This document shows, one piece after another, positions 45,373-52,564 of a DNA stretch of 64,000 bases (within the stretch, counting starts at the first letter, position 1; each line of letters starts with the position of its first letter). Under the pieces are notes generated by a model that saw only the letters and a program-made list of their open reading frames with translations, had not been told where the DNA came from and did not search any database. Both the position numbers and the translations under genes were made by a program. This stretch comes from a virus (lineage: Duplodnaviria > Caudoviricetes): the IMG/VR virus record IMGVR_UViG_3300032373_000001. One strand, 5' to 3'.

Positions 45373-45849
45373 TTAGCCGAGCAGCAGGGGGCGAAGAAGG
45401 GCCAACATCCCCCTGCCGCCCCGGAGCCTCCCTCGTAAATCCGGGGTCCGCTCGTACAGGCAGTCTTCTTGTTCCGCCCACTGTCGCAGGGTGCCTCCGC
45501 GCACGCAAAACAGGGTCATCCGTATCCTCGGAGGCAATGCCTTGAACATGCAGTTCCGGGGCAGGTTCAGGACCCGCTCCCGTTCTTCAGAGGAGAGGTC
45601 CCGGTTAGCCAACATCTCTGCTACTGCCACCCGGTAGCGATCCCCGGCTTGGTGGTACCACTCTTGACCTCGGATGCCCGCAGCCCAGGCGTCCTGAACG
45701 CTGGCTTGCCATAGGGGGTCGTTCTTCGCCGGAAGAGGCACCTGACCCAGCTTCGTGCACCCCAGAGCTATGGCCAGCTCCACGCCTTGCTGGGCGTCAG
45801 CTGCCAGGGTTTCTTTCAGGGTGGTCTCTTGATGCGGTGTAAGGTTCAC
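45373..45849 (-). CDS. Hypothetical protein (recurrent module variant)
   Basis: LAADAQQGVELAIALG; RBS GAGGAGG. Confidence 0.6.
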   Translation of the reverse strand: MNLTPHQETTLKETLAADAQQGVELAIALGCTKLGQVPLPAKNDPLWQASVQDAWAAGIRGQEWYHQAGDRYRVAVAEMLANRDLSSEERERVLNLPRNCMFKALPPRIRMTLFCVRGGTLRQWAEQEDCLYERTPDLRGRLRGGRGMLALLRPLLLG

Positions 45850-45873
45850 AGCCCCTCCTCTGTTTAGAGAGCC

Positions 45874-46275
45874 TTACTTCTTCCTCAAGCGGAGGAGGTC
45901 TTTGAACTCGGGGTCTTGTTCGGCCCGCTGCCTTGCCAAGAGCCGGAGGGAATTCGCCAGGGCCTCGACAGCCTCTTCTCGGCTGCCGAACCCCTTCGAG
46001 TATCCGAGGTGCCAGGGGAGAGTCCCCGAGGAGGTACGGGTGGTGAAGGTGATGCCGAATTCCCTCCGGGCATGCCAGCCTATGAAGAGATAGATCCTGG
46101 CCCCGTCCGGGACGTCTCGAGGGAGGCCCAAGAACCTCTCCACCTCCGCCCCGCAGTGGCGGAAGCCCCCATAGCTCTTCGGGACGAGCCTCTCAGCGAA
46201 GCCCCGGTACACTGCGGGGACTTCGGGTTGCGCGGGCTTCCTTGAGGTGAAGAAGTCAAGGATTCGACTCAACAT
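45874..46275 (-). CDS. Hypothetical protein
   Basis: 133-aa ORF. Confidence 0.6.
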   Translation of the reverse strand: MLSRILDFFTSRKPAQPEVPAVYRGFAERLVPKSYGGFRHCGAEVERFLGLPRDVPDGARIYLFIGWHARREFGITFTTRTSSGTLPWHLGYSKGFGSREEAVEALANSLRLLARQRAEQDPEFKDLLRLRKK

Positions 46276-46285
46276 TGGAAGCCCC

Positions 46286-46585
46286 TTAGCAGTCCGTCGC
46301 AGCCCTCCACTTCATGTGGCGGCGTGCCCGCTCGACTGCAACAGCTTGGCTTACGGTGCTGGAACCCACCGAGGCAATTCGCCACCACTCGGGATCAGGA
46401 TCCTTCCCGCCGACCCGCTGGATTTGGATTTGCATGCCCTCCCGGATAACGAGCTTCCCCTTCCGCTCGGGGAGCCATGTCACCAGTTCATGCTCGCCGT
46501 ACTCGCTCTCTCGCTGGAGGGTGAACTGGCGATAGAGGACGTTGCCCCCATTTGAGGACCCAGACTTAGAATCAAACACGCGCAC
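46286..46585 (-). CDS. Hypothetical protein
   Basis: Start uncertain. Confidence 0.55.
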   Translation of the reverse strand: MRVFDSKSGSSNGGNVLYRQFTLQRESEYGEHELVTWLPERKGKLVIREGMQIQIQRVGGKDPDPEWWRIASVGSSTVSQAVAVERARRHMKWRAATDC

Positions 46586-46596
46586 CTCATTGTAGT

Positions 46597-46632
46597 GAAC
46601 CCCAGTCCCCTCAAGGCTGAGGACTGGGGTTC
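46597..46632. other. Bulged hairpin in non-coding gap
   Basis: GAACCCCAGTCC(CC)TCA-aggc-TGAGGACTGGGGTTC. Confidence 0.55.
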
Positions 46633-46758
46633 TGGGAGCTTGTTCTTCCGGGTCACCAGGCTCAACTCCCTCTTGCCCGGTGGTGACCTGCCTGCCCTCT
46701 AAGGAGCAGGGACCCAGGAGGGGGCTCTTGCCCGCGCTGGGTCAGTGTTCAGCATCCC

Positions 46759-46932
46759 TTACCCGGTCCCAACGAGTCTACAAATTCCGGCGACCTTTGA
46801 CCCAACCTTGCCCCAAAAAGGAGGGGAGGTCCCGCAGATAAACTTGCTTGGGGCGGCATCCAGGCTTGGAAATCCATCGATGTAAAATTTCCCATTCAGA
46901 AGGTTGGTTGTCTTGTAGACCGTAAACCGCAT
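46759..46932 (-). pseudogene. Truncated GIY-YIG (seg-like) homing endonuclease remnant, 57 aa
   Basis: Manual translation MRFTVYKTTNLLNGKFYIDGFPSLDAA...; N-terminus matches the Y(K)TTNLxNGKxYIG signature; RBS GGAGG. Confidence 0.7.
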
Positions 46933-46975
46933 GAATCCTCCGAGGGTAACAACAGTTGTTACCCTCGGAGGATTC
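46933..46975 (-). promoter_or_regulatory. 21-bp perfect inverted repeat occluding the endonuclease RBS
   Basis: GAATCCTCCGAGGGTAACAAC-n-GTTGTTACCCTCGGAGGATTC directly followed by ATG. Confidence 0.85.
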
Positions 46976-46988
46976 CTTAGATACGAGA

Positions 46989-47406
46989 TGGAGATGTCGG
47001 GAATCGAACCCGAGTCCTCAGCGAATCGTCAGCGTGCGTCTACGTGCGTATCCTCAGTTGATGATGCCCGGACCCCGTCGAGGAACCCCTTGGTACAGGC
47101 ATGGCCAGCTACAGCATTAGAGCGTCAGCGAGTATTGTATTCTCGTCCCTCTCCACCGCTTTGCCAGAGCGGCTTCCTGGGACTATCCAGGTCTTGATGC
47201 GCCCGAACCTAAGACCCTGACATCTACAGGACGGACGGAGGCTCCAGTTAAGGAGCTAAGAGGCTCACGCCGCGAGGCGTACACCCCCCTCAAAGTAGTT
47301 GACGTTGTTTGCATCTACCGTGTTGACTGATTGTTCACAGGGGTTGAGTCTTCCCCTGGCACGCGGCAACCCTCGATCTTCACCGAGTCGAAACCAGTGC
47401 ATCCCC
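46989..47406 (-). ncRNA. ssrA: tmRNA (418 nt), tag ANNVNYFEGGVRLAA at 47265-47312
   Basis: 5' GGGGAUG pairs with 3' CAUCUCC-A including G3.U; D-loop-like CACUGGUUUCGAC; T-arm CUCGGGUUCGAUUCCCGAC; GCACGUAGA element; tag begins GCA after UAGAU and ends LAA-UGA; CCA not encoded. Confidence 0.95.
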
Positions 47407-47429
47407 ACAATGTCAAAGAGCAAGAGTCC

Positions 47430-47891
47430 TTACCGGATAGGCAAGCTATCCAGACTCAGCGCTTGGCTCACGGCTGCGTCGAGCAAGTCTTCCGCCACGG
47501 TGCTGTCTTCCTCCAGGCAGGCTTCCCGGATAGCACCGACCAGCATCTCCACTCGCTGAGCCTGAAGCTGCTCTCGCCGGATCTGGTTCTGGAGGTCTCG
47601 GTGAACCGCCCTCAAGTCCTCCTTGAGGGCCGCCTCGCGGGTCATGGCTGCGGAGATGATGTAGCGGACAGCCTGTTCCGCGAAGAACAGAGGCCCGACG
47701 TAGGAGCGGACATCTTGAAGCTGCTGCACAGAATAGGCAGTGACCCCATGACGCATGAACGCCTGACGGGCCTGGGCAGCGTTCGGCAGCACCAAGGCAC
47801 CGCAGACCTTATCCGCTGCGTCGGCCAGGTAGCTCAGGTATCCAGACCCGGCACGACTCGACAGAAGATCGAAGAGGGCATCGAATTTCAC
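47430..47891 (-). CDS. Hypothetical protein
   Basis: 153 aa, helical. Confidence 0.65.
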   Translation of the reverse strand: MKFDALFDLLSSRAGSGYLSYLADAADKVCGALVLPNAAQARQAFMRHGVTAYSVQQLQDVRSYVGPLFFAEQAVRYIISAAMTREAALKEDLRAVHRDLQNQIRREQLQAQRVEMLVGAIREACLEEDSTVAEDLLDAAVSQALSLDSLPIR

Positions 47892-48022
47892 GGTGACGGC
47901 TCCTCGTCTGACTTCTTGAGGTCTTCCAGGGCCTGACGCAGGAGCCCCTTACTGGCACGGGACCGCCCCCGTGGGAAACCCCCCAAGATCCCCAGCAACC
48001 TGTCAAAGTAATCGTCTTCCAT
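47888..48022 (-). CDS. Small hypothetical protein (44 aa)
   Basis: Manual: MEDDYFDRLLGILGGFPRG...; coupled at both ends. Confidence 0.55.
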   Translation of the reverse strand: MEDDYFDRLLGILGGFPRGRSRASKGLLRQALEDLKKSDEEPSP

Positions 48023-48025
48023 TCC

Positions 48026-48220
48026 TCACTCCTTGTCGAACCGGGAGAGCTTGCGTCTGGTCCGGCGGATTACCTCTTCGAGATCCACTTTCCCCTGGGG
48101 GCGTATGGAACCCTCAGTCACCCCCAGAGTCCGGGCCATCTCAAACCCTTGTGCTTCTTGGCCTCGGTCGAAGCTCAACAAGAGCCGGATGAGGTTGTCT
48201 GGTACGTCCAAAGGGTTCAC
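48026..48220 (-). CDS. Small protein (recurrent module)
   Basis: LLLSFDRGQEAQGFEMARTLG. Confidence 0.6.
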   Translation of the reverse strand: MNPLDVPDNLIRLLLSFDRGQEAQGFEMARTLGVTEGSIRPQGKVDLEEVIRRTRRKLSRFDKE

Positions 48221-48486
48221 AGGTTCGCCTTGACGTGATCCCGAAGGAAGCTGTGCAGGATCTGAGGGATCTGGCCTTGGTCCAGCACATACTGCCCGAG
48301 ACTGCCGCGGAACACGAACATCTGCCCGTGGAGTTGCACGAAGGAGTCCAGATACGCTGCCTGCTCTGGGTAGAGGGGGCGTAAGGTATCCAACATCTCC
48401 TGCCCTTGCAGAAACTGGTCCCTGTCACCACTGAAAAGCAACTCCAGCAGCGTCACGGGCAGGAGGTCCTGGTTCACTTCAGGCAC
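48217..48486 (-). CDS. Small protein (recurrent module)
   Basis: LLFSGDRDQFLQGQEMLDTL. Confidence 0.6.
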   Translation of the reverse strand: MPEVNQDLLPVTLLELLFSGDRDQFLQGQEMLDTLRPLYPEQAAYLDSFVQLHGQMFVFRGSLGQYVLDQGQIPQILHSFLRDHVKANL

Positions 48487-48517
48487 ATGGGCAACGGATC
48501 CTCCGGATCAAGAAGGT

Positions 48518-49144
48518 TCAGACCAGCCTGAACTCGTCGAGGGCATCAACCAGGGTCCTGCTCTCGGCCTGCCTCTTGAAGTGGTCGTTCACCACCCGGA
48601 AGCGCTCCTGCATCCAGAGACGACCCAGCCAGTTCTCACCGACCCACTCCCCCGTCGCAGTCTTCGCAGCGCCCCAGAACACCCCAGAGCCCCGCGCCCG
48701 TCGGGTGCAGTCCTCGATGATGGGGCGACCCCCGGTGGCTATCAGCTTCTCTCGGAGCACTGGGTGCTGTTCCAGCTTCATGCGCAGGATCTGCCGCATG
48801 TTCTGGAGGTCCTTCTCGCTGAGAGGCTTCACCGTCATGAAGGGGGTGTTGCCCCCATTCTTGGCGATCATCTTCGCCTTCATCGGGTTCTTCTCAGCGC
48901 GGACTGCCTTTTGAACATCGGAAGCACGGCAGAAGAAGTCGCGCTCTTCCTGAGAAGCCTGCACATCGGAGCGCACCATCTTCAGGCCCAGCTCTTCAGG
49001 AACGAAGTAGCGCATGCACTGGAAGAGCTGCTCCGCTCTCGGGTAGACGAGGCCCTCGTGGGTGATGGCGTGCGGGCTCATGTTCGACATCCAGCCGAAC
49101 TCGTCTCGCACCTTCCCGATCAAACACGGCCCTACGGGTCCCAT
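48518..49144 (-). CDS. NADAR (YbiA-like) family N-glycosidase
   Basis: FGWMSN, YPRAEQLFQ, K..QHPVLREKLIATG.RPIIED, FWG, GENWLGRLWM. Confidence 0.9.
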   Translation of the reverse strand: MGPVGPCLIGKVRDEFGWMSNMSPHAITHEGLVYPRAEQLFQCMRYFVPEELGLKMVRSDVQASQEERDFFCRASDVQKAVRAEKNPMKAKMIAKNGGNTPFMTVKPLSEKDLQNMRQILRMKLEQHPVLREKLIATGGRPIIEDCTRRARGSGVFWGAAKTATGEWVGENWLGRLWMQERFRVVNDHFKRQAESRTLVDALDEFRLV

Positions 49145-49653
49145 TTCTTCCTCCCCACGTCGCTGGCCTTCAAGGGCCTCCATTTACCCTGGTCCAAGAC
49201 CCAGTAGTTGCCCGTGCTGCGGTCGAGGAGCTTGTCTCCAGCCATGAAATCGCAGGGCAGGTAGCCTGCCTTGAGCGTGTTGTAGCGGCGGTTCAAGGAC
49301 AACTTGAACACGCCATTCGTCGAGGCGACCAGCTGGTTGACCATCAACACCAAGTCACCCGCCTTAACGCCATCGAGGCTGAGGTTGTTGCGGTTCGCCG
49401 GCTTGTCGATGACGCAACCCACGTGAGTACGCAGTCGTCGGACCCGCACCCCGCTCTCTACGTTGAGAGACTGGTCCACCACCTCAAGGTCGCCCTTCGC
49501 GATGAGCCGCTGGGCGGTTTCGGGCAGGATCAGCGAGAAGAACTCCTCGTCAAAGTAGACGAGGACGTCCCCGTTTTCCATGTAGACGATCCGCTGAGGC
49601 TGGATTTCCAGCTCAGGGCTACTCCTCGCCTTCTCCTTGAAGACGTCCCGCAT
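49132..49653 (-). CDS. Hypothetical protein
   Basis: Start MRDVFKE. Confidence 0.6.
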   Translation of the reverse strand: MRDVFKEKARSSPELEIQPQRIVYMENGDVLVYFDEEFFSLILPETAQRLIAKGDLEVVDQSLNVESGVRVRRLRTHVGCVIDKPANRNNLSLDGVKAGDLVLMVNQLVASTNGVFKLSLNRRYNTLKAGYLPCDFMAGDKLLDRSTGNYWVLDQGKWRPLKASDVGRKKWDP

Positions 49654-50116
49654 ACTTTCGACGGGTTTTCTCCCCACGTACCGACCCCCGGAAATTCTTT
49701 TGAAGGCGAGTTACCCTGCCCTTCAAGGTGGAGATCTCCCTGCGGGCGTTCCGGAGGTCTGAGCGAGCCTCGGCCAAGTCGCTGACTGTTCGATTCAGGA
49801 CCCGGAGGACCTGGCTCAGGTCCTGCTCCATCCCCCCAACCCGTTCGTCGAGCTTCGGGGGTTCTGGGGGCTCGCTCCGGGGAGGTCCTGCCTGGGCTGG
49901 CCGTGGAGTGACTGTCCGAGAAGGGACGCGGCGCACCTTCTTGCGGGGAGGGCGGGTGGGCTGCACATGCACCTTGCGCTGACCGACCAGCACTGCGAGG
50001 CACTGGGAGCCGTCTTTCTGCTCTTGGGTGATGAGCGCAGGGGCGTCTCGCCGTACCTTCAGGTCGAGGTCTTCGACCGGGATGTACTCTTCGCTGAGGG
50101 TCAAGATCTTGTACAT
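49619..50116 (-). CDS. Coiled-coil hypothetical protein
   Basis: LDERVGGME...LKGRVTRL heptads. Confidence 0.6.
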   Translation of the reverse strand: MYKILTLSEEYIPVEDLDLKVRRDAPALITQEQKDGSQCLAVLVGQRKVHVQPTRPPRKKVRRVPSRTVTPRPAQAGPPRSEPPEPPKLDERVGGMEQDLSQVLRVLNRTVSDLAEARSDLRNARREISTLKGRVTRLQKNFRGSVRGEKTRRKYAGRLQGEGEE

Positions 50117-50125
50117 GACCTCGTT

Positions 50126-50479
50126 TTACCCTTCCTTGCGAAGAACCCCCCGGATACTGAACACTCGATTGTTGAGGGGGTCGTACACGTAGGCTGAGCC
50201 ACCCTCATAGGAGCAGGCGTTTTGGAGGTGCTCTTGTACGCTCCCAGGCCACACATCCACCAAGTTCCCGCAGTCCAGCGGAAACTTCCAGCCCCCGAAC
50301 TTGTTGGTCCTTGCCCCTGGGGGGATCAACAGCGCCACGGTGTTCCACCGCTCGAAGGGAACCAGCAGGTCCCAGTCGTCGGGGGTCTTGGTCGAGACCC
50401 CTGCGAAGACCCGTGCAGTGCTGCCCGCGATCAGCGCCCCCTCCCGGCACATGCGGTAGACCAGGCCAGGGAGCTTCAT
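50126..50479 (-). CDS. Minimal nucleotidyltransferase-fold protein
   Basis: LIAGSTAR...DDWDLLV (hG[GS]...DxD) and third acidic residue in VDVW. Confidence 0.6.
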   Translation of the reverse strand: MKLPGLVYRMCREGALIAGSTARVFAGVSTKTPDDWDLLVPFERWNTVALLIPPGARTNKFGGWKFPLDCGNLVDVWPGSVQEHLQNACSYEGGSAYVYDPLNNRVFSIRGVLRKEG

Positions 50480-50901
50480 TCCTCACCCTCGACGGGGAAG
50501 TGCGCCCTCATCTCCTGGTCGTAGCGTAGGAGCTGCATTTCCGCAGCATCCTGAGCGATCTGACCCAGCTCTCGGAAGAGAGAGCGCACTCGCAGGGCCT
50601 GCCCTGCGTTGAGGGCGACGGATTCCCGTGGGGAACCCTCACTCCTGTCCTTCGTGCTCTCGACGTAGAGGTAGCCGGGTTGCGGGGGGTCCATATGGAA
50701 CCGGACATGAAAGAAGAGGTCCCTGTAGGCCCAGCGGTGAGCATCAGGGTCGACGGGTTCCTTGGGGTCGCGACCCCAGACATACCTGCAAAAGGTCCCG
50801 GCCGTCTCTGCGAAGTGCCTCAGCTTGCCCAAGGACTGGGCCTGGGCAATGAACTCTTGCAGCTGTTGGTTGGTAGAGAACGCTTCCAAGAAGCTCTTCA
50901 T
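50476..50901 (-). CDS. Hypothetical protein
   Basis: RBS GGAGG lies in a hairpin. Confidence 0.65.
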   Translation of the reverse strand: MKSFLEAFSTNQQLQEFIAQAQSLGKLRHFAETAGTFCRYVWGRDPKEPVDPDAHRWAYRDLFFHVRFHMDPPQPGYLYVESTKDRSEGSPRESVALNAGQALRVRSLFRELGQIAQDAAEMQLLRYDQEMRAHFPVEGEE

Positions 50902-50904
50902 TCG

Positions 50905-50924
50905 ATCCTCCCTCTGGGGAGGAT
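50905..50924 (-). promoter_or_regulatory. RBS-sequestering hairpin
   Basis: ATCCTCCC-caga-GGGAGGAT, then cga ATG. Confidence 0.65.
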
Positions 50925-50928
50925 TTAC

Positions 50929-51510
50929 CTATCGGAACAGGTCCAGCTCCCCCGCCAGCAAGCCTTGAAGCAGCTCAGGGATCAGGGCGGCCAGGGCCGC
51001 TTTCTGGCCTCGGCGCAGGCCTCGCTCAAGGAAGAGGTACTTCCGGAAGCCGGGGTGGATCCAGTACTTGCCTCCCGCCAATAGATCGGGCGTCGCCCTG
51101 ACGATGACCTCTCCGTCCTGGAGCACGATCCTCGCAGCCGGAACCTTCTTGCGGGTCAGCCACCTCATCTCAAAGGGCTCGGCGGGGCCTGGAGTCTTGC
51201 GCTCAGGGTCCAGAGGCGTGGTGGTGTGGTTGCGGGCAGTGGGCCAGTCTGACGTGATGATCAACGTGTTCCTACCCTGGACCCGGAACTTGAAGCTCTT
51301 GGCGAAGTCTGCTGTCTTGGGGATGGGTGCGGGCTGACCCCTCTTGCGGACGGCAGCAGCCTTCGCCGTGTCGGCGCGGATCTCTTCTTGGATCGCCTTA
51401 ATGATAATCGCCCCGGCACGCCGAAGCTGTGCCGGGGTCAGTATGATCTTCTTGCCGCTCAGGCTGCTGAGAGGGTCATCCCCTGTACTGAGCGTGACAT
51501 CATCGGGCAT
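50929..51510 (-). CDS. Putative virion morphogenesis / tail-completion protein (HK97 gp10-like)
   Basis: Position among structural genes; C-terminal WIHPG...FLERGL pattern. Confidence 0.5.
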   Translation of the reverse strand: MPDDVTLSTGDDPLSSLSGKKIILTPAQLRRAGAIIIKAIQEEIRADTAKAAAVRKRGQPAPIPKTADFAKSFKFRVQGRNTLIITSDWPTARNHTTTPLDPERKTPGPAEPFEMRWLTRKKVPAARIVLQDGEVIVRATPDLLAGGKYWIHPGFRKYLFLERGLRRGQKAALAALIPELLQGLLAGELDLFR

Positions 51511-51548
51511 CAATCCCTCCACCCAGTCAGCGAGGGATTGATGCCCGA
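51503..51548 (-). promoter_or_regulatory. 17-bp hairpin burying both RBS and start codon
   Basis: TCGGGCATCAATCCCTC-N12-GAGGGATTGATGCCCGA. Confidence 0.8.
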
Positions 51549-51555
51549 CCGGATC

Positions 51556-51930
51556 TCAGAAGTGGTCCCAGATCTTGACGCAGAACTGCATGGAGCAGCT
51601 CTGGCCGGAGCCGGAGCAGTTGCCGCTGCAGCTCCCGTCCAAGCTCCCCGACAGGTCGTGGGAGATCGACACCTTGCAGCCGTTGTTGCTACAGTTGCCG
51701 CCCGTGCACATGCAGCTGTACATGGTACCACCGCCCGGCGCACCGTGCGCCACGCCCACCCACTGCATCCCAGGGCCGAGGACGACCGGCACATCGGTGG
51801 GGCCGTTGACGATGATGTCGGGGCTGCGCATGTTCGCGCCGTCGGGGGCCTCGATGACCTCCTTCTGGAGGGCGGTGTCGAACTCGTTCATCTCAGGGGC
51901 GCACGCCAGCGCCAAAGTCAGGAACAGCAC
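51556..51930 (-). CDS. Cys-rich putative lipoprotein
   Basis: MLFLTLALAC lipobox; eight Cys in Gly/Ser-rich C-terminus; RBS AAGGAG. Confidence 0.7.
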   Translation of the reverse strand: MLFLTLALACAPEMNEFDTALQKEVIEAPDGANMRSPDIIVNGPTDVPVVLGPGMQWVGVAHGAPGGGTMYSCMCTGGNCSNNGCKVSISHDLSGSLDGSCSGNCSGSGQSCSMQFCVKIWDHF

Positions 51931-52103
51931 TCTTGTCTCCTTGGGTAGGTGCCTGAATGTCTCAGGACTGGGATTCTATTACCCTATTATTTTGCGTGGG
52001 CGGAAGGAGTTTCTTTGGCTTTGGGGGCGGGCAGTCGAATTTGTGCGAAGAGGGGGGCGTTGACTCCCGAATATACCTCAAGCGCTCGTACAACAGGTCC
52101 CTT

Positions 52104-52337
52104 TCATCCCACAGAGGGCTTTGAGGCATCGACTGCTTCCTGTAGCAAGCGCTGGAGGTCTTCATAGTTGGCGTTGGGTCCGTACATCCAGCGCCGCATA
52201 GCCTTGATCGCCTTCCAGCGCAATCCCTTCGGCATCAGCGGATACAAGACCTTGTGCCCCAGGGCGTAGTGGAGCCAGTGCTGAAAGCGACCCCAGCGGG
52301 TCTCCTCCAGCTCATCAAAGCGCTTGGCCCAGGTCAC
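52104..52337 (-). CDS. Small hypothetical protein
   Basis: GTGA coupling. Confidence 0.6.
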   Translation of the reverse strand: MTWAKRFDELEETRWGRFQHWLHYALGHKVLYPLMPKGLRWKAIKAMRRWMYGPNANYEDLQRLLQEAVDASKPSVG

Positions 52338-52510
52338 TTCAGGCCCTCCTGCTTCTTCTTGAGGAGGAGGTCTCGCTTCTTCACGGACTCTGGGCGGTAG
52401 TCCCACCCACCGCAGCGAGAGGGTTGAGTCATGGACTTCGCCATCCTCTCAAGGCCCCCTGGAGTCTCGAGGTACTTCGCTATGAGGTCGTGCTTTTTGT
52501 CTTGTCCCAT
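52334..52510 (-). CDS. 58-aa protein (not in ORF track)
   Basis: Manual: MGQDKKHDLIAKYLETPGGLERMAKSMTQPSRCGGWDY... Confidence 0.55.
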   Translation of the reverse strand: MGQDKKHDLIAKYLETPGGLERMAKSMTQPSRCGGWDYRPESVKKRDLLLKKKQEGLK

Positions 52511-52564
52511 AAGGGGCTATACTCGCAGTCGTCTGGAAGAAAAGACCACGCAGGGGGCTTCCCC

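Noticed and set aside
46933-46975. Palindrome as a protelomerase/telomere-resolution site or replication origin
   Set aside because: Better explained by the GGAGG + ATG of the endonuclease remnant at its edge. No protelomerase is in the window and there is no gene-strand switch here. Not fully excluded.
46989-47020. tRNA gene suggested by the GGTTCGATTCC T-arm
   Set aside because: It is the 3' part of the tmRNA; the 5' acceptor strand is 418 nt away with a tag ORF between.
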